From Rhizophagus irregularis (taxonomy: Eukaryota), in assembly GCF_026210795.1 (NCBI RefSeq), contig NC_089431.1:2542001-2606000 (forward strand): DNA of 64,000 nt, given 5' to 3'. The notes under the pieces are model-generated. The model was not told where the DNA came from, did not search any database, and was given only the letters and a program-made list of their open reading frames with translations. Of the stretch, positions 39,594 through 53,021 are shown one piece after another (position 1 is the stretch's first letter; the number at the start of each line of letters is the position of its first letter). A program made the translations under genes and the position numbers.

Positions 39594-41519
39594 ATGTCGG
39601 AACCAAAGAAATACTGCCTGGAACATACTATTATGGTACAGACTACAGACAAAGTAATAAAACATAATCTTGTAATAATAATAATAGAACTATTAAAACA
39701 CTTAAATTTGAAAGGAAACGGCAAAAACATCCTACTATGGCGTGAGTTTCAATCGCTATGACCCACACGATAATAATATTTTCGCTGTTGTTGGTGGACG
39801 TAATGTAAATACACTGTTTTAATAAAAAATTTCAACGCGTACTTTGTCCGTTTTCGCGTATTTTGTCCGTTTTTACCACCTTTTTAACCTTATTAGCTTT
39901 TATTGGTTTTATTTTTCTTAGGTTATAATCGCCCGTCTTGACAGTGACAAACCTGTGGCACTTAAAGTAGTTCAAACCTACGTGGATGACGATGTAATCA
40001 AATGTACATTTGTGTATTTTTTGTAGTTTTGATATATTAAATAACAATTCCTTTGTTTATACTGCAGGAGGGAGAGAATTTTTATTGCTGCGCTTGGTCG
40101 GTCGATCCAAATATAGGTGCACCGCTACTTGCTGTAGCTGGAGCTACAAGCATTATTAAAATCATAAACACAAGTGTTGGATCGGCTATGAAGGTATGGC
40201 ATATTTATATTACGTATTGATTTAATTAAGCTGCTTGTATGACTAAATATTTCGTTAAATTTTATACTCTAAGGCTCTTACGGGCCACGGCAACGTAAGT
40301 TTGATGCAACTCAATTTTATTTTTAATTAAATTTAAAGTTTATAATAATATATAGGAAATTAATGAAATAAAATTTCACCCGAGGGAACCATCTTTACTC
40401 TTCTCAGCGAGTAAAGATCTTTCTATACGTTTGTGGAACCTCAAGACCATGCAGACTGTCGCCATCTTTGGCGGAGAATGCGGCCATCGTGAGCCGGTTT
40501 TGAGCATTGTAATGGTTCAAAATGTCATTGAAACTCTTCTTTTTAAATGTATGCTTATAAGAACTTAATTCTTTAGGATGTGCATTTAACCGGTGATTTC
40601 TTAGCTTCATCTGGAATGGATTGCGCAGTCAAGATATGGACGCTATGTACGCCGGTAATCAAACATGCAATAGGGTCGTCCATTAATTCAAACCCTTCGT
40701 CATCTCATTCTCAACAATTGTCACAACGAGAACAACAATCATGTTGTTCGCCACATGTTGCACCATCAAGGGCGGTGACTGTGCATTATCCCATCTTTTC
40801 TACAACTGAATTGCACAACAACTTTATTGACTGTGTAAGATGGTACGGCGATTTATTACTATCAAGATGTGCTGCTGATGCAAAGATTGTGTTGTGGAAA
40901 CCTGATGTAGAATTGGTGGCGTTCGATAAGTCTAACATCACAACAGTAGTTGTAGGTGGACCAGCTACTCCTAGTAAGGTAAGAGCATGTGATATAACTA
41001 TCAAATTAAAATGGTTTTTTCTTATTCTTCTTATTTCTAATATTCCAACAACTAATGGGTTTAACTTTCTAGCAACAAGCGAACTTCGATATAATTTGTG
41101 AATTAGAATTCACACATAGTGACATCTGGTTTATTCGCTTTGGATTTTCGTATGACTTTCGAATGCTTGCAACGGGAAATCAAGTGGGAAAAATTTATTT
41201 GTGGGACACAAAAGATATTCCGTATTATATTGACGGCTATATCGAAAAGAAAAAAGCAGAATATTTGGTAAAGAAATCTAGCGTAAAAAGGAAAAGAGGT
41301 ACTCGCGTAAGTAAAAGCGCAGTTATCAAGAAACCTATTATCCTCGAGTCAGATTGCAAAAGCACAATTCGACAAATCGACTTCTCAAAAAATAGTCAAT
41401 GGATTGTATCAGTTTGTGATGACGGTTCGATTTGGTGTTGGAAATCGAATATTGATACAACATTTCAAGAGTCAATCAAAGGTTCGGGAAGTAGCGATGA
41501 TCCATTGATTATAGACTAA
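39594..41519 (+). CDS. EED: Polycomb PRC2 WD40 subunit EED/ESC, 7 exons
   Basis: Spliced: [131 protein letters not shown]. Confidence 0.93.
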
Positions 41520-41696
41520 TACAAATATTTGTATGCTATTAATTACTTTCTTAGCTTGAAATTATAACTTTTTATTAACGAATAATGCTAACATTCCAAA
41601 AAAAATTTTAAATTGCTATTATTCATTCTAATGCCATAATGAAATTATATTTTATCCGAAGCTCTTTTAAAAAAGTTCGAATGAATCCAAATGAGT

Positions 41697-43176
41697 TTAC
41701 CAGGTGGGTAATTCGGAAATAGACTGTTCGTGCTCATGTTCATATTCAACTTCAACATATGTTCCACCTTTAATTGAAAATTGTTTTTTTAGTTAGAAAT
41801 GTTATTATCAGATTAACAGATGTATCAAATAATCAAAGAAAAATTTCAAATGAAATGCTCACGTTTTTTCTTTTTCGGTCGAGGATCTTTATTTATAGTT
41901 CTTCTCTTGCTCTATTAACATAAAAAATTATAAAATTAGGGTGTTATCTAAAATTATTAAAATTGCAAAAAAAAGTTTTCTTTACTTTGTTATTCTCTTT
42001 CGCTTCGATTTCTTGTTCCTCCTCTTCTTCCTCATCGTTATCTATTTCTTCAGAGCTTTCTGTGTCACTATTCTCCTCTTCGTATTTCTATGAATGTTGA
42101 TTATAAGCATTTTATATATGTATTAATCGAATAAATATTTTAAACGGAAATAAACCTCTTGATGATGCTCGAGAATATCTTCTAAATCTTCTAATTCAAT
42201 TTCACTATCATTTTCAACAAATTCATTTTCAACTTCCAAGTCTTCAACTTCACTTTCACTAGTGATATCATCTTCTGCCTCAACTTTATCACCTTCCAAG
42301 ACTGATCTCCATACGTCTTCATTAACATTGAGTGGCGTGTCGCCATATGCTTTACTTTTTAGACGGTTAATCAATTCTTTTTCAATAGTTTTATCCAATC
42401 GTGCTGCTGCTTCAGCTTTTCGTTCTCTTGTAGCCTCACGCCTCTCAACTTTCTTTTTGATACCAACAAGTTTCGGTCTTTTGAAGAATTTAAGAAAAAT
42501 AAATAAATTAAAAATAAGTAATTTGAAAAAGAGCAATGAATATAATTACCGATCTTTTAATCTTAATTTTCTCATCCGTATTAAATATTGTGTTATTTTG
42601 GTTAAACGTTGTTTACATTTATGAATCAAAAAATTTGGCCAATTCATTAATTCATTATCAATCTATAAATTTTCAATACAAAGAAATCTGATTTTACGAG
42701 TTATAAAAGTTTAAAATCAAAAGTTAATAAAGTTTAGCATACCTGCTCTAATGCTTTAGAATAATTTTTTGAGAATTTAACACGTTCCCACATTTTAGCT
42801 GGCATATTTGCCCGATCAGGAATTTTTTTGTACAAATAAATTACACCTAAATTTATATCATAAAAAAATTATAAAAATTGAAATAATAATAATAATAACA
42901 ATAAACAAGGTAAGCTTAGTATAATTAATACCATCAATCTCACGAACTGTTGCATATTTAGAATTAGCTAAAGGACATGATTGTCTACTACAAAACCCTG
43001 TAACATTATATTCATTTCGACAAAAGTTCTGGGTTACAGTTCTAAAAGGAAAATTTCGATAATTGAACAATTAATAAAAGAAAAACAATGCTAAATAAAC
43101 GACTTAAAAAAGCTTACTTGACTTTATAGGAACAAAATTGTTGATTTATGATTTGCCATACAATTTCGTCTGACAT
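41697..43176 (-). CDS. MAK16: 60S ribosome biogenesis protein Mak16, multi-exon
   Basis: [97 protein letters not shown]; acidic tail ending YVEVEYEHE. Confidence 0.95.
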
Positions 43177-43324
43177 CTTTAATAGCATCTAAGGTCAAAA
43201 ATTTTTTGATAAATTTAGATTAGGCAATGTAAATTTTGGGATCGACAGATATAAATTAGGCAGATCAGCAAAATTTTACTGATCGATAAAAAAATTTTCG
43301 TTTTTTTTTGTCTTTTTATGAACT
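43177..43324. promoter_or_regulatory. 148-bp bidirectional promoter shared by MAK16 and KRE33, with RRPE-like motifs
   Basis: Head-to-head ATGs at 43176 and 43325; AAAATTTT at ~43198, 43270 and 43291; several GATC motifs. Confidence 0.55.
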
Positions 43325-46300
43325 ATGAAGAAAGTTATAGATTCGAGGATAAATACATTGGTAAAAAATGGGGTACAAAACAAACATCGTACCTTCTTTG
43401 TCGTTGTTGGGGATAAAGGCAAAGATCAGGTACGTAATTTATTTTATTGTTGTTGAACACAATATTCGTTAAATATAAAGATAACAGTATAATTCTCTGT
43501 TTAGGTAGTAAATTTACATTGGTTACTTTCACAAGCTCAAGTTACTGCACGACCTTCAGTTTTGTGGTGTTATAAGAAAGAGTTAGGGTTTAGTAGGTGA
43601 GGAATCCTTTTCTTCTCAATAGTATTCATTAAATTTCTAACCTGTTGTTCTTTTGGTCAGTCATCGTAAGAAAAGGGAGGCAAAGATAAAAAAAGAAATT
43701 AAACGTGGCATAAGAGAGCCCAATACAGAAGATCCATTTGAACTATTTGTTGCCGTAACAAATATTCGATATACATATTATAAAGAGACACATAAAATTT
43801 TGGGTAATACATATGGAATGTGCGTATTACAGGTATGGTATATTGCTTTACAAGGTGTCAAGAATTTCGATTCACTTAAAATTTATAAACTTTTAATGTT
43901 AGGATTTTGAGGCATTGACTCCAAATTTGTTAGCACGTACTATTGAGACAGTAGAAGGTGGTGGTATCATTATCATATTATTAAAAACAATGAAATCATT
44001 AAAACAATTATACACGCTAACAATGGTTTGTTACTATTCTTTATTATATTATTTTATTGTTATTGATTTATTATTCAATAATATATATTTATATGTCTTA
44101 ATAGGATGTGCATTCACGTTATAGGACTGAAGCTCACGATGATGTGACTGCACGGTTTAATGAACGTTTCATTCTCTCACTTGGGTCGTGCGAAAATTGT
44201 TTAGTTGTTGATGATGAATTGAATGTTTTACCCATTTCAACTGGTAAAAATGTTAAGCCATTATCATTAAAGACTGCAGAACATTCATCAACAGAACAGC
44301 AGGAATTAAAAGAGTTGAAAGCATCTTTAGCGGATACAGAACCCGTTGGTTCTTTAATTGCACCGGCAAAAACATTAGATCAAGCCAAAGTTATCCTCAC
44401 TTTTATTGAATCTATAAGTGAAAAGGCTTTGCGAAATACAGTTTCTCTTACTGCTTCTCGTGGACGTGGTAAATCTGCCGCACTTGGAATTGCAATTGCT
44501 TCTGCTGTTGCATATGGTTATTCAAATATATTTGTAACATCACCCAGTCCTGAAAATTTGAAGACTTTATTTGAATTTATCTTTAAGGGATTTGATGCTT
44601 TAAAGTACGAAGAGCATTTAGATTATGATATAGTTCAATCAACAAATCCCGATTTTAACAAGGCTATAGTCAGAGTAAATATTTTCAGACAACATCGGCA
44701 GACTATTCAAGTGGGTGAAAAGAGATCCATTCAAATTTTGTATTTCTATTTACCCAAAACATACGTAATTATACTGACCAGATAAACAGTACATTCAACC
44801 ACAGGATGCACATGTTCTTGGGCAGGCCGAATTAGTAGTGATTGACGAAGCAGCAGCCATTCCTCTTTCTCTTGTAAAAAGTCTAATTGGTCCATATTTG
44901 GTATTTATGGCTTCAACAATAAATGGTTATGAGGGAACTGGGAGGTCTCTATCCCTTAAACTTATTCAACAACTTCGTGAGAAGTCTAAAGGTTTTATGG
45001 GAAAAGAAGGGCGTACAGATGTTTCGGATGAGATTGCTATTGTTGGTCGCGATGGAAAAGCTGAAAGAGAAGTAAATGGGGCAACAGCCGGTGGTCGTGT
45101 ACTTCGAGAAATAAAACTAGAAGAGCCGATTAGATACGCTTTAAATGATCCTGTTGAAAAATGGCTAAATAAACTTTTATGTTTAGACGCATCCATCGTT
45201 TCTAAAAATATTCAAGGCTGTCCACATCCACAAAAGTGTGAATTATATTATGTGAATCGGGATACTTTATTTTCTTTTCATCCTGTATCAGAAACTTTTC
45301 TACAAAGGATGATGTCATTATATGTAGCAAGTCATTATAAAAATTCACCCAATGATTTACAATTAATGTCTGATGCTCCAGCTCACCATTTATTCGTTTT
45401 GCTACCACCTATAAAAGAAGGTGATAATTCATTGCCAGACCCATTGTGTGTTGTCCAGGTAAATAAATCTATTTACTACACATTGTTCGACTATATTTTT
45501 AGAATATTAGTAATATTGTAATTTTAATGTAAGGTGTGTTTGGAAGGTGAAATATCCAAACAAACAGTTTTAAATAGCTTGAGCAGAGGTCAACAACCAA
45601 GTGGAGATTTGATTCCTTGGTTAATTTCACAGCAGGTTTTTATGATCTTTAAATGTCTATCGATTTTATTTAGTGTGAATAAATATTATACTAATTTCGT
45701 TGCGTAATAATCAGTTTCAAGATGATGATTTTGCGAACTTATCGGGAGCTCGTATAGTTAGAATAGCAACACATCCGGACTACATAAAGGTATTATTGCT
45801 AATAGATTCTATTTACACATTTATTTTAACTAATATATAATGTTAAAATAAATTTATAGATGGGATATGGATCTCGATGTCTAGAATTACTTACCTCATT
45901 CTATCAAGGCGAATTTTCTGCATTGAATGAAAATGAGGATTATCATCAAGAGAATATAGTTCGAGTTGATGATGCTGAATTAGAAGTAAGTACAAGTTAT
46001 CTTAGAACAGATGTATAAAAGAAACTTGTGTTGACTTATTAATTTACTAGAATGCCGATCTTCGTAATGAGGAAATTAAAATTCGAGACCCTCGTAAAAT
46101 GCCTCCTTTACTTTTAAAACTCTCAGAGAAACGTCCAGTAAGATTACATTATTTGGGTGTTTCATTTGGTTTAACTTCTCCATTGCACAAATTTTGGAAA
46201 CGTGCAGGATTTATTCCTCTTTATATTCGACAAACTCCTAATAGTTTAACAGGAGAAAATACATGCGTTATGCTCAAGGCTTTGAAATCTGATGATCTTG

Positions 46301-47471
46301 TTACTACATGTGATCCTGAATGGTTGGCAGCATTTTCAAAAGATTTTCGTAGGAGGTTCTTGAGTTTGTTGTCATATAGTTTTCGCAATTTTCCGAGTGT
46401 TTTATCACTTAGTATTATGGAAGCAGTTGATGCCGGAAATGAAAGGGCAAAAGAAATAACACAGCGTATGTAATTTATATATGTGGATGTAAATATTATA
46501 TATTTTTTAATATTCATATTTATTTTGTATTCAATTTAGCGTTTAGCAAATCCGCTCTTGAATCGTATTTGTCTGTTTATGACTTGAAACGACTTGAGTC
46601 ATATTCTAATAATATGTTAGATTATCATGTCATTATTGATTTACTCCCAACCATAGCATATTTATACTTTAACAGACAATTGAGAGATGTAAAATTATCC
46701 GGAATTCAAAGTTCGATATTGTTGGGTATAGGATTACAAAGGAAAAGTGTTGATGACATAGAGGTAACATATTTGTTTATTGTGCATGAATTTATTTCAT
46801 TTACATTACATGAATAAAAATCTAACACTAATTTATTTAAATTATAGAAAGAATTAACATTGCCCTCAAATCAAATCCTTGCTTTATTCATTAAAATAGT
46901 TCGTAAATTTTCTACGTATTTTCGATCATTAGAAACAGAAGCAATACAAAAAGAAATTCCAGATGAAACAACAGTTTTAAAGAAAAAAAAAGGAGTGGAA
47001 AAAATTTCTAATCAACAAATTAATGATAATGAAGAATCAACAATATCAAATCTTAATGAAAATGAAGAAACATCATGGGATCCTGTATCTAAGACATTAG
47101 ATGAAGATTTAGATGAAGCTGGTGAAGAATTTAAAAGTCAAATGATTGAGACTCAAAGAGAATTAATTAATTCATTGGACCTATCAAAGTGATTATTTAC
47201 TAAAGTGACATCTTTTAATTATTGAAAGAGATATTAATAAATTCAATTATATGTTATATTTAGGTATGCAATAAGCGGCACATCAGAGAACTGGGAAGAA
47301 GCACAATCAAAAATTGCTTCAGGAAAGCAAAACATTTCAACGATCGTTAGTATAAAAAACTCGGAATCTACGAAAAAACGTAGAGCGACGGAGACTGCCG
47401 CAGATATTGTAAATAAGGAACATAAAATGTCAAAAAGAGGAGGAAAAAAATCAAAAAAATCAAAGAAATAA
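43325..47471 (+). CDS. KRE33: RNA cytidine acetyltransferase Kre33/NAT10, 13 exons
   Basis: MKKVIDSRINTLVKNGVQ, LTPNLLARTIETVEGGG, Walker A TASRGRGKSAALG, IDEAAAIP, INGYEGTGRSLSLKL, YVASHYKNSPNDLQLMSDAP, RIATHPDY. Confidence 0.97.
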
Positions 47472-47606
47472 TGAAATTTATTATTATTATATATTAGTTA
47501 ATTTAGTTAATTAAAATATAACAGATAACGAATAATTAAAAAATTGAATACCAATTCCAATTTCATAATATAGACCTATATTCATTCTGCTTTTTTAATT
47601 TACAGT

Positions 47607-47853
47607 ATCAGTAATATAGTGAGTATTGCTAAATATCACTGCTGCTGGTGATTGTCGTCACCTTACCAGAATTAGAGTAGAATTTGGGAATTAAAATGTC
47701 ATCCCGTTAATATTTGCTAATGCTGGTGCGGTGAAATCCCCTGTGGTGAGATTTAGCAATGCCCATTTCGGCCAAAAATATTCATAAAATGGCTGAAATG
47801 TGTTTATTTACGGATTGACGGATCGCAGCTCTAGTTGTAATGAAGACAATCAC
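47607..47853 (+). ncRNA. Candidate structured non-coding RNA, family unassigned
   Basis: Nested helices 47607-13/47643-49, 47648-56/47845-53, 47670-78/47828-36, 47698-712/47805-19, 47714-20/47753-59 and 47764-74/47790-800. Non-canonical pairs are G-U on the + strand, and a T12 run follows at 47880. Confidence 0.55.
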
Positions 47854-48541
47854 ATACCCATGTGATTTAAGTCTATAAATTTTTTTTTTTTGGAATATCT
47901 ATCAATACATAATATAATAAAAAAAAATTGTCTTCAAAAATATGAATTTCATCCGGATCGGATGAAAAATAAATCCGTTTTTATTTTCTCTTTTTTTTTT
48001 TATATTAAATAGTAATTTTTAAACTACTAGATTGTGCATTGGCCATTGGGATGCAGTCTTATAGTATATAAGAAAGAAATTTAACATTTATTAATTAAAA
48101 TCCGTGTATAATTGCCAAAATGTGCCCTTTCGAATTAACGATAAATGTGATATATGCTATAGTAAATGTAGTTTATGCTTTGCTACATTTAAATACTTTA
48201 ATTTTGTATTCTAGATTTTACCATACGCAATAAAATATTAAAATCACACAAAAATCATCAAATTGGCTTGTTTAATGTCAATGATTTATTTGTCTATTTC
48301 TTCTGCGCCCGCAAATTTTAAATATTATAGGATCGAATCTAATCCAAATCTCGATCCGATCCGTGTGGAACACTACTACTGAATAATCATGTATCTTTAT
48401 TCACGTGGGTGAAAATATATTAGATCACATGATTCGTATTTAAAAATTAAGAATAGATCAAAACTGAGGTTGAATATCTCATTTTTATTGCAACTTGATC
48501 AAATTCTAGTTTCAAATCTGTCGATTGTTATTATTATCGTC

Positions 48542-50928
48542 ATGAAGAATGTTAATGATAATGTTTCAATAAATAATGAAACTAAAAATGGCTCTAATGC
48601 ATTGATTAATATTATCACTAAACCGGATAATGTTGAAGAGGTTGCATCCCTTTTAGAGTCATACTTCGAAGGAATCACTAGTCAAAACACAACAACTCAA
48701 ACAAATGATTCACAAGTTTATCAGAAATCAACCGTCGTAAATACACCTATCGAAAATGAACCAATTGAGTTTACATTACAAGAAGATCTCGCTCTAAATG
48801 GCCGTAACTTTGAAAACGAGTTAGCAGTTGAGGAGGAACCAATAGATTCTAATTCAATATCTGAATGGTCTCTTAATGTAGGGGAACCAACGGAGTTAAT
48901 TGTTGTGAAACAATTTGCTGAATCATTTGCAGCCGCGTTTGAAAATGAAATTGCAGAAATAACAAACACTCCTTCGAGTTCGAAGAAACTCACAAAAACT
49001 CAATATCGCGAAATCGCAGAAAAATGCAGGCAAGTATAAATGAATCTACGTTTTTATAGGCATATATTTAATTAACTATGATTACTAAACACTTTATTAA
49101 TATAATGTAGCGTTCAAGAATGTTTAAAATTATCTAGTCAATTCTTTGCAGACCCAACTTTATTTAGTCTTCTTCGGCAATATTATTCAATTGATGGTAA
49201 CAAAGCGCAGAATGGAGCGAATTCTGGTTCTATTACTTTACCTCTATCAAGTACAGGAGATACCGAAAGAAATACATCTCAGAAAAAAAACAAGAGCGGA
49301 GGTGTTGTAAGCCATTCTCGGTCATCGACAAGAAAAAGAAAGGCAGTTTCTGACGAGTGCAATGTACAAGGAAAAGGCGGACAAGAATCACCTCAAAGTA
49401 ATAAACGGATTAAATGCCAAAATTGGAAGGATGCTACACAAGATTGTTCCAATAGTGCCGCATCTTCGTCACAGTCTGGAATTTCAAATACTATTGTTCC
49501 AGTAGTACCAATTTCTGCTATCACTGCTGCTGCATCCAGCTCAAAAGGTACAAAAACCCGCAAAGATATTGATTCAAGTGAAAGACCAGAACCATCAGCC
49601 ATGGAAAAGAGGTTTTGGGAAATGGCAGCTTTATTAGATAATTCTCCTTTGGCTAGTTTAAAGTAGGTGTAAATTCACTTGTTATAGAGATTTTGAATGC
49701 TTCAATAATATTCAATTTTATTGTTATTTAAATGAAGTCCGAAATATCGAGCTTCGGCGCCAGCCAAGAAACGCAACGATTTGAATTATGTTTCCTCAAT
49801 AACAAGTGTATGTATGTTGTTTTACTTATTAAATAAATCTTATTTTAATTATTAAATTGTTTTCTTGTAAACATAAATTTAGAAGAAGTCCGATACTATT
49901 AAGGAAATTGATACTAGTGGTATTCCTGAAGTTGTCCTATCCGTAGCATTTTATAATCAAAGTAATCCTTTAAACCGTTCACAGAACAACCCTCCAAGCC
50001 GTACCCAAGAATTCTTAGTTCTTGGAAGCCAACCACTAACAGCACTGAGAGATGCTTTTTATTGTGTTAGTGACTTTTATAAACAGGAAATTTCTGAATT
50101 ACCTGCATCAGTAAATGCTTTGAATTCACCTGAAGAGAAAAAATCAGGTGGTTATTTCTTCATTGAAGACGTGTTTTACAATGATTGCAGAGATAAAAAT
50201 GCATTGGACTATAGCAAGTATGTATTTTATATTAATGATTTTATCATTTAATCATTTTTATAAAAATTTCGATTTAAAATTTCTCGATTGATAGGACAAT
50301 TGTTGAATGGGTAAATAAAAATGAGCGTTACACTCATCCAGGACTTGGATTGTATCAAAGAAAAAATATGGACGAAGTAACATTTAGTGACCTTTCGATA
50401 AGGTTAAATCAACCTTATCTCTTTGTTCATAAAGGAGATTGTGAACATGCCATAGTATTCACAGATTTGAGGTATGTATTTGTATAACTGTTTTCGTGTA
50501 ATTATATTTATAAGCAGATCTACCATAACTCTTATATTGGTAGATTATGGCATACAGCTGATGGTCTTGATGCAAACATGTTCCCAAAGGCAATATTTAA
50601 ATGTAGGATTATCCGTCATAAATGTCGCATGTGTATTACACGGCCCGCAACGTTAGTATATTATGCCTTTTTTGTTAATTTTGTAAAGTCTCTAATAATA
50701 TTTTCATAATCTATAGACTTGTATCAATTAATGATTTTATGGCTGGAGAGACTCCAGCCTATTTTTGTGACAAATGCTATAATGAGTATCATTATGATAG
50801 CAATTCGAACCTATTGTACGATAATTTTAAGGTAATATATACATATATTGTTTTTATTTTTAAGATTTCTATATTGTGTTATTCATTTAAAATATTTAAA
50901 ACAGGTATTTCGCTATGCTCATGACTGA
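48542..50928 (+). CDS. SNAPC3: snRNA-activating protein complex subunit 3 (SNAP50) with a long acidic/low-complexity N-terminus
   Basis: QEFLVLGSQPLTALRDAFYCVSD, SGGYFFIEDVFYNDCR..LDYS, FSDLSIRLNQPYLFVHKGDCEHAIVFTDLR, CRMC..FCDKCYNEYHYD (zf-SNAP50_C pattern). Confidence 0.9.
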
Positions 50929-51704
50929 GATTAGAACATTAGATTTGAGAACTTTGGGGTCTCTCGATTTTCTGCTTCTTTGAAAACGTTCCATAAGCAT
51001 AGTATAAACATTGATAAAGTCAATCATTTAAACCATCCTCTGTTACAACCTCCGGACAAAGCTGGCAGGTCTCGAACATAAATGATAAATCTGTCAAAAG
51101 TGTGCAATAAAATTTATTAAAAATGTAATGTTAAAATAAACGACCAAATTATTGTAGGTATAATGTTTTTATTAATGGATATATTAAAAATATTTTTCTA
51201 ATTTATTTTGCTTACTCTCTGTTTTTCTTTATTTAATTTATTAAAAAAAGTGTAAATTAACATTTTACATGTTATTTATAAGCATTTTTAAATCTTTAAG
51301 TAAACGTTTTTATTAATATTAAAATTTTATTTGTTTCTTTGTTTCAAATAAATTTGTTTATCTAGACTTAACTAAAAAGTTGATATTATTAATATTAATA
51401 TAGTCAAATCTTTATATTGTATTATAACCTACACCCTGACACCCCTTACATTTTCTTTATTTCTTATTATTTCCATTATTATTATTTTTTGGAATATGTT
51501 CTAACTCATTATTTCTTTAATGATCATTACTATTCTCTTTATTGATAGTTTAGTCCTTTTGAAGTAATTCTTGCTGTTTTTTGTCTATAAATGTTTGAAG
51601 TAATCCATTTAATTCATTGTAACAATTTAATTTTTAAAAACTTTTTTTGCAATTTCTAAAGACCTTCCATATTTTGCTTTAATTGAAACTATATTCTTAA
51701 TCAA

Positions 51705-51940
51705 AAGAAACTTACCCGATCTGATAAAATCCAAAGGGAAAACCTACAAAAAAAAGTAAAGAACTGAAACGGTTAGTTTGTTTCTTTAATAAAAAAAATA
51801 AGTTTTGAAAATTCAAAATTTGTCCACCCATCCAATAAAGTCTGAAGGGGGAAATCTATAAAAAAAAGAAGAAACAATTAGTTTAATGTTTCTTCAATAA
51901 AAAAAATTAAAGTTTCAAAATATATTTGAAACTTACCCCA
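51705..51940 (-). repeat. Tandem ~115-bp micro-exon-plus-intron units, probably a decayed intron-containing transposon or gene
   Basis: On the minus strand: TAG|GTTTTCCCTTTGGATTTTATCAGATCGG|GTAAGT and TAG|ATTTCCCCCTTCAGACTTTATTGGATGG|GT, with similar intervening sequences. Confidence 0.5.
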
Positions 51941-52571
51941 GTTCATTCAATATTCTTTTATATCTTAAGAAGTAAGATCATACAATTGTTATAAAAACTA
52001 AGAATCAGAAGAAATATGCAACAGTTACTGTATCTATTGATTTTAATAAGTGAGTAATAGAATTATAGAATCAAGAAATTTGAACTACTTCTTTAAGAAA
52101 TCTTCCTATCTGATAGTATTCAGTTAACTGGAATTTTTAATAATAAAAGAAATGAAAATGATTTTAGGTTGTGGTTAAAAATATATTTAGAACTATAACT
52201 ACTTTAATATTATATCCTGATGACTCTTTCCAATTATTTATCTTACATATATAATGCAAAACTTTTAAGGTAGTTCAAGAGAGTAAAGCTAAGTATATGC
52301 ATTTACACTATATCATATAGAATATTTCTCAAGACCACCATTAATGCAACAGGTTTTAATCAATGGTAAAGAAGAAGAGGTTAATTTATCTTCAGTTTCA
52401 GCTTTGAAATATAAGCAATTTCAATAAATCTTTATCAAATTTTTAGACTTAACCTTATAGCCCATCTGTCCCATCTACTATAATATACTTTTTTTGACTT
52501 TATTTAGATAAGACAAATAGTTATAGAGTTAAGTGAAGATGTTAAATGAAGTACAGTAATATTTGGCAATA

Positions 52572-52881
52572 TGTAATATAAGGGTGTAAAATGTAAACTA
52601 TACTCAGATAATATTTAGCATATTGGTCCACTTCAAATCACATATTTAACCATCATGTTATTTATCACTTAAATATAGCATTACATTACATGTAGTATTT
52701 CACTTAACAGAATACTATAGAAAGAAGTATAATCAAGTTAGCATGATGAATAAAGTATGGACCCTATGTAATAGTTTACTCAAGTGATAAATAATATGAT
52801 AGGCCAAACATATGATTTAGAGTGGACCAAGATGCTATTTATTGTCTAAGTATAATGATAATTTACACCACTTATGTTATA
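52572..52881. mobile_element. Foldback/MITE-like element with ~115-bp imperfect inverted arms
   Basis: 52572-52685 aligns to the reverse complement of 52767-52881 (shared blocks GGTGTAAA, TAGCAT.TTGGTCCACT, AAATCA, TTATTTATCACTT, ATTACA), with an ~80-bp spacer. Confidence 0.75.
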
Positions 52882-53021
52882 CTTACTTTACTTTAGTAAT
52901 TTTTACTATTTCTAATTGAAGCAGATAACTATTTGATTTTTATAAATACTAGGTTTATGATAGCTAATGAATTCTTCTTTTAACTTACCATTAACATAAA
53001 AATATAAAATGTTCTGTAGTA

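Noticed and set aside
47714..47759. SRP RNA helix-8-like CAGG..GCA on the minus strand
   Set aside because: The flanking stem does not pair, wobble pairs favour the + strand, and minus-strand T runs would stop Pol III.
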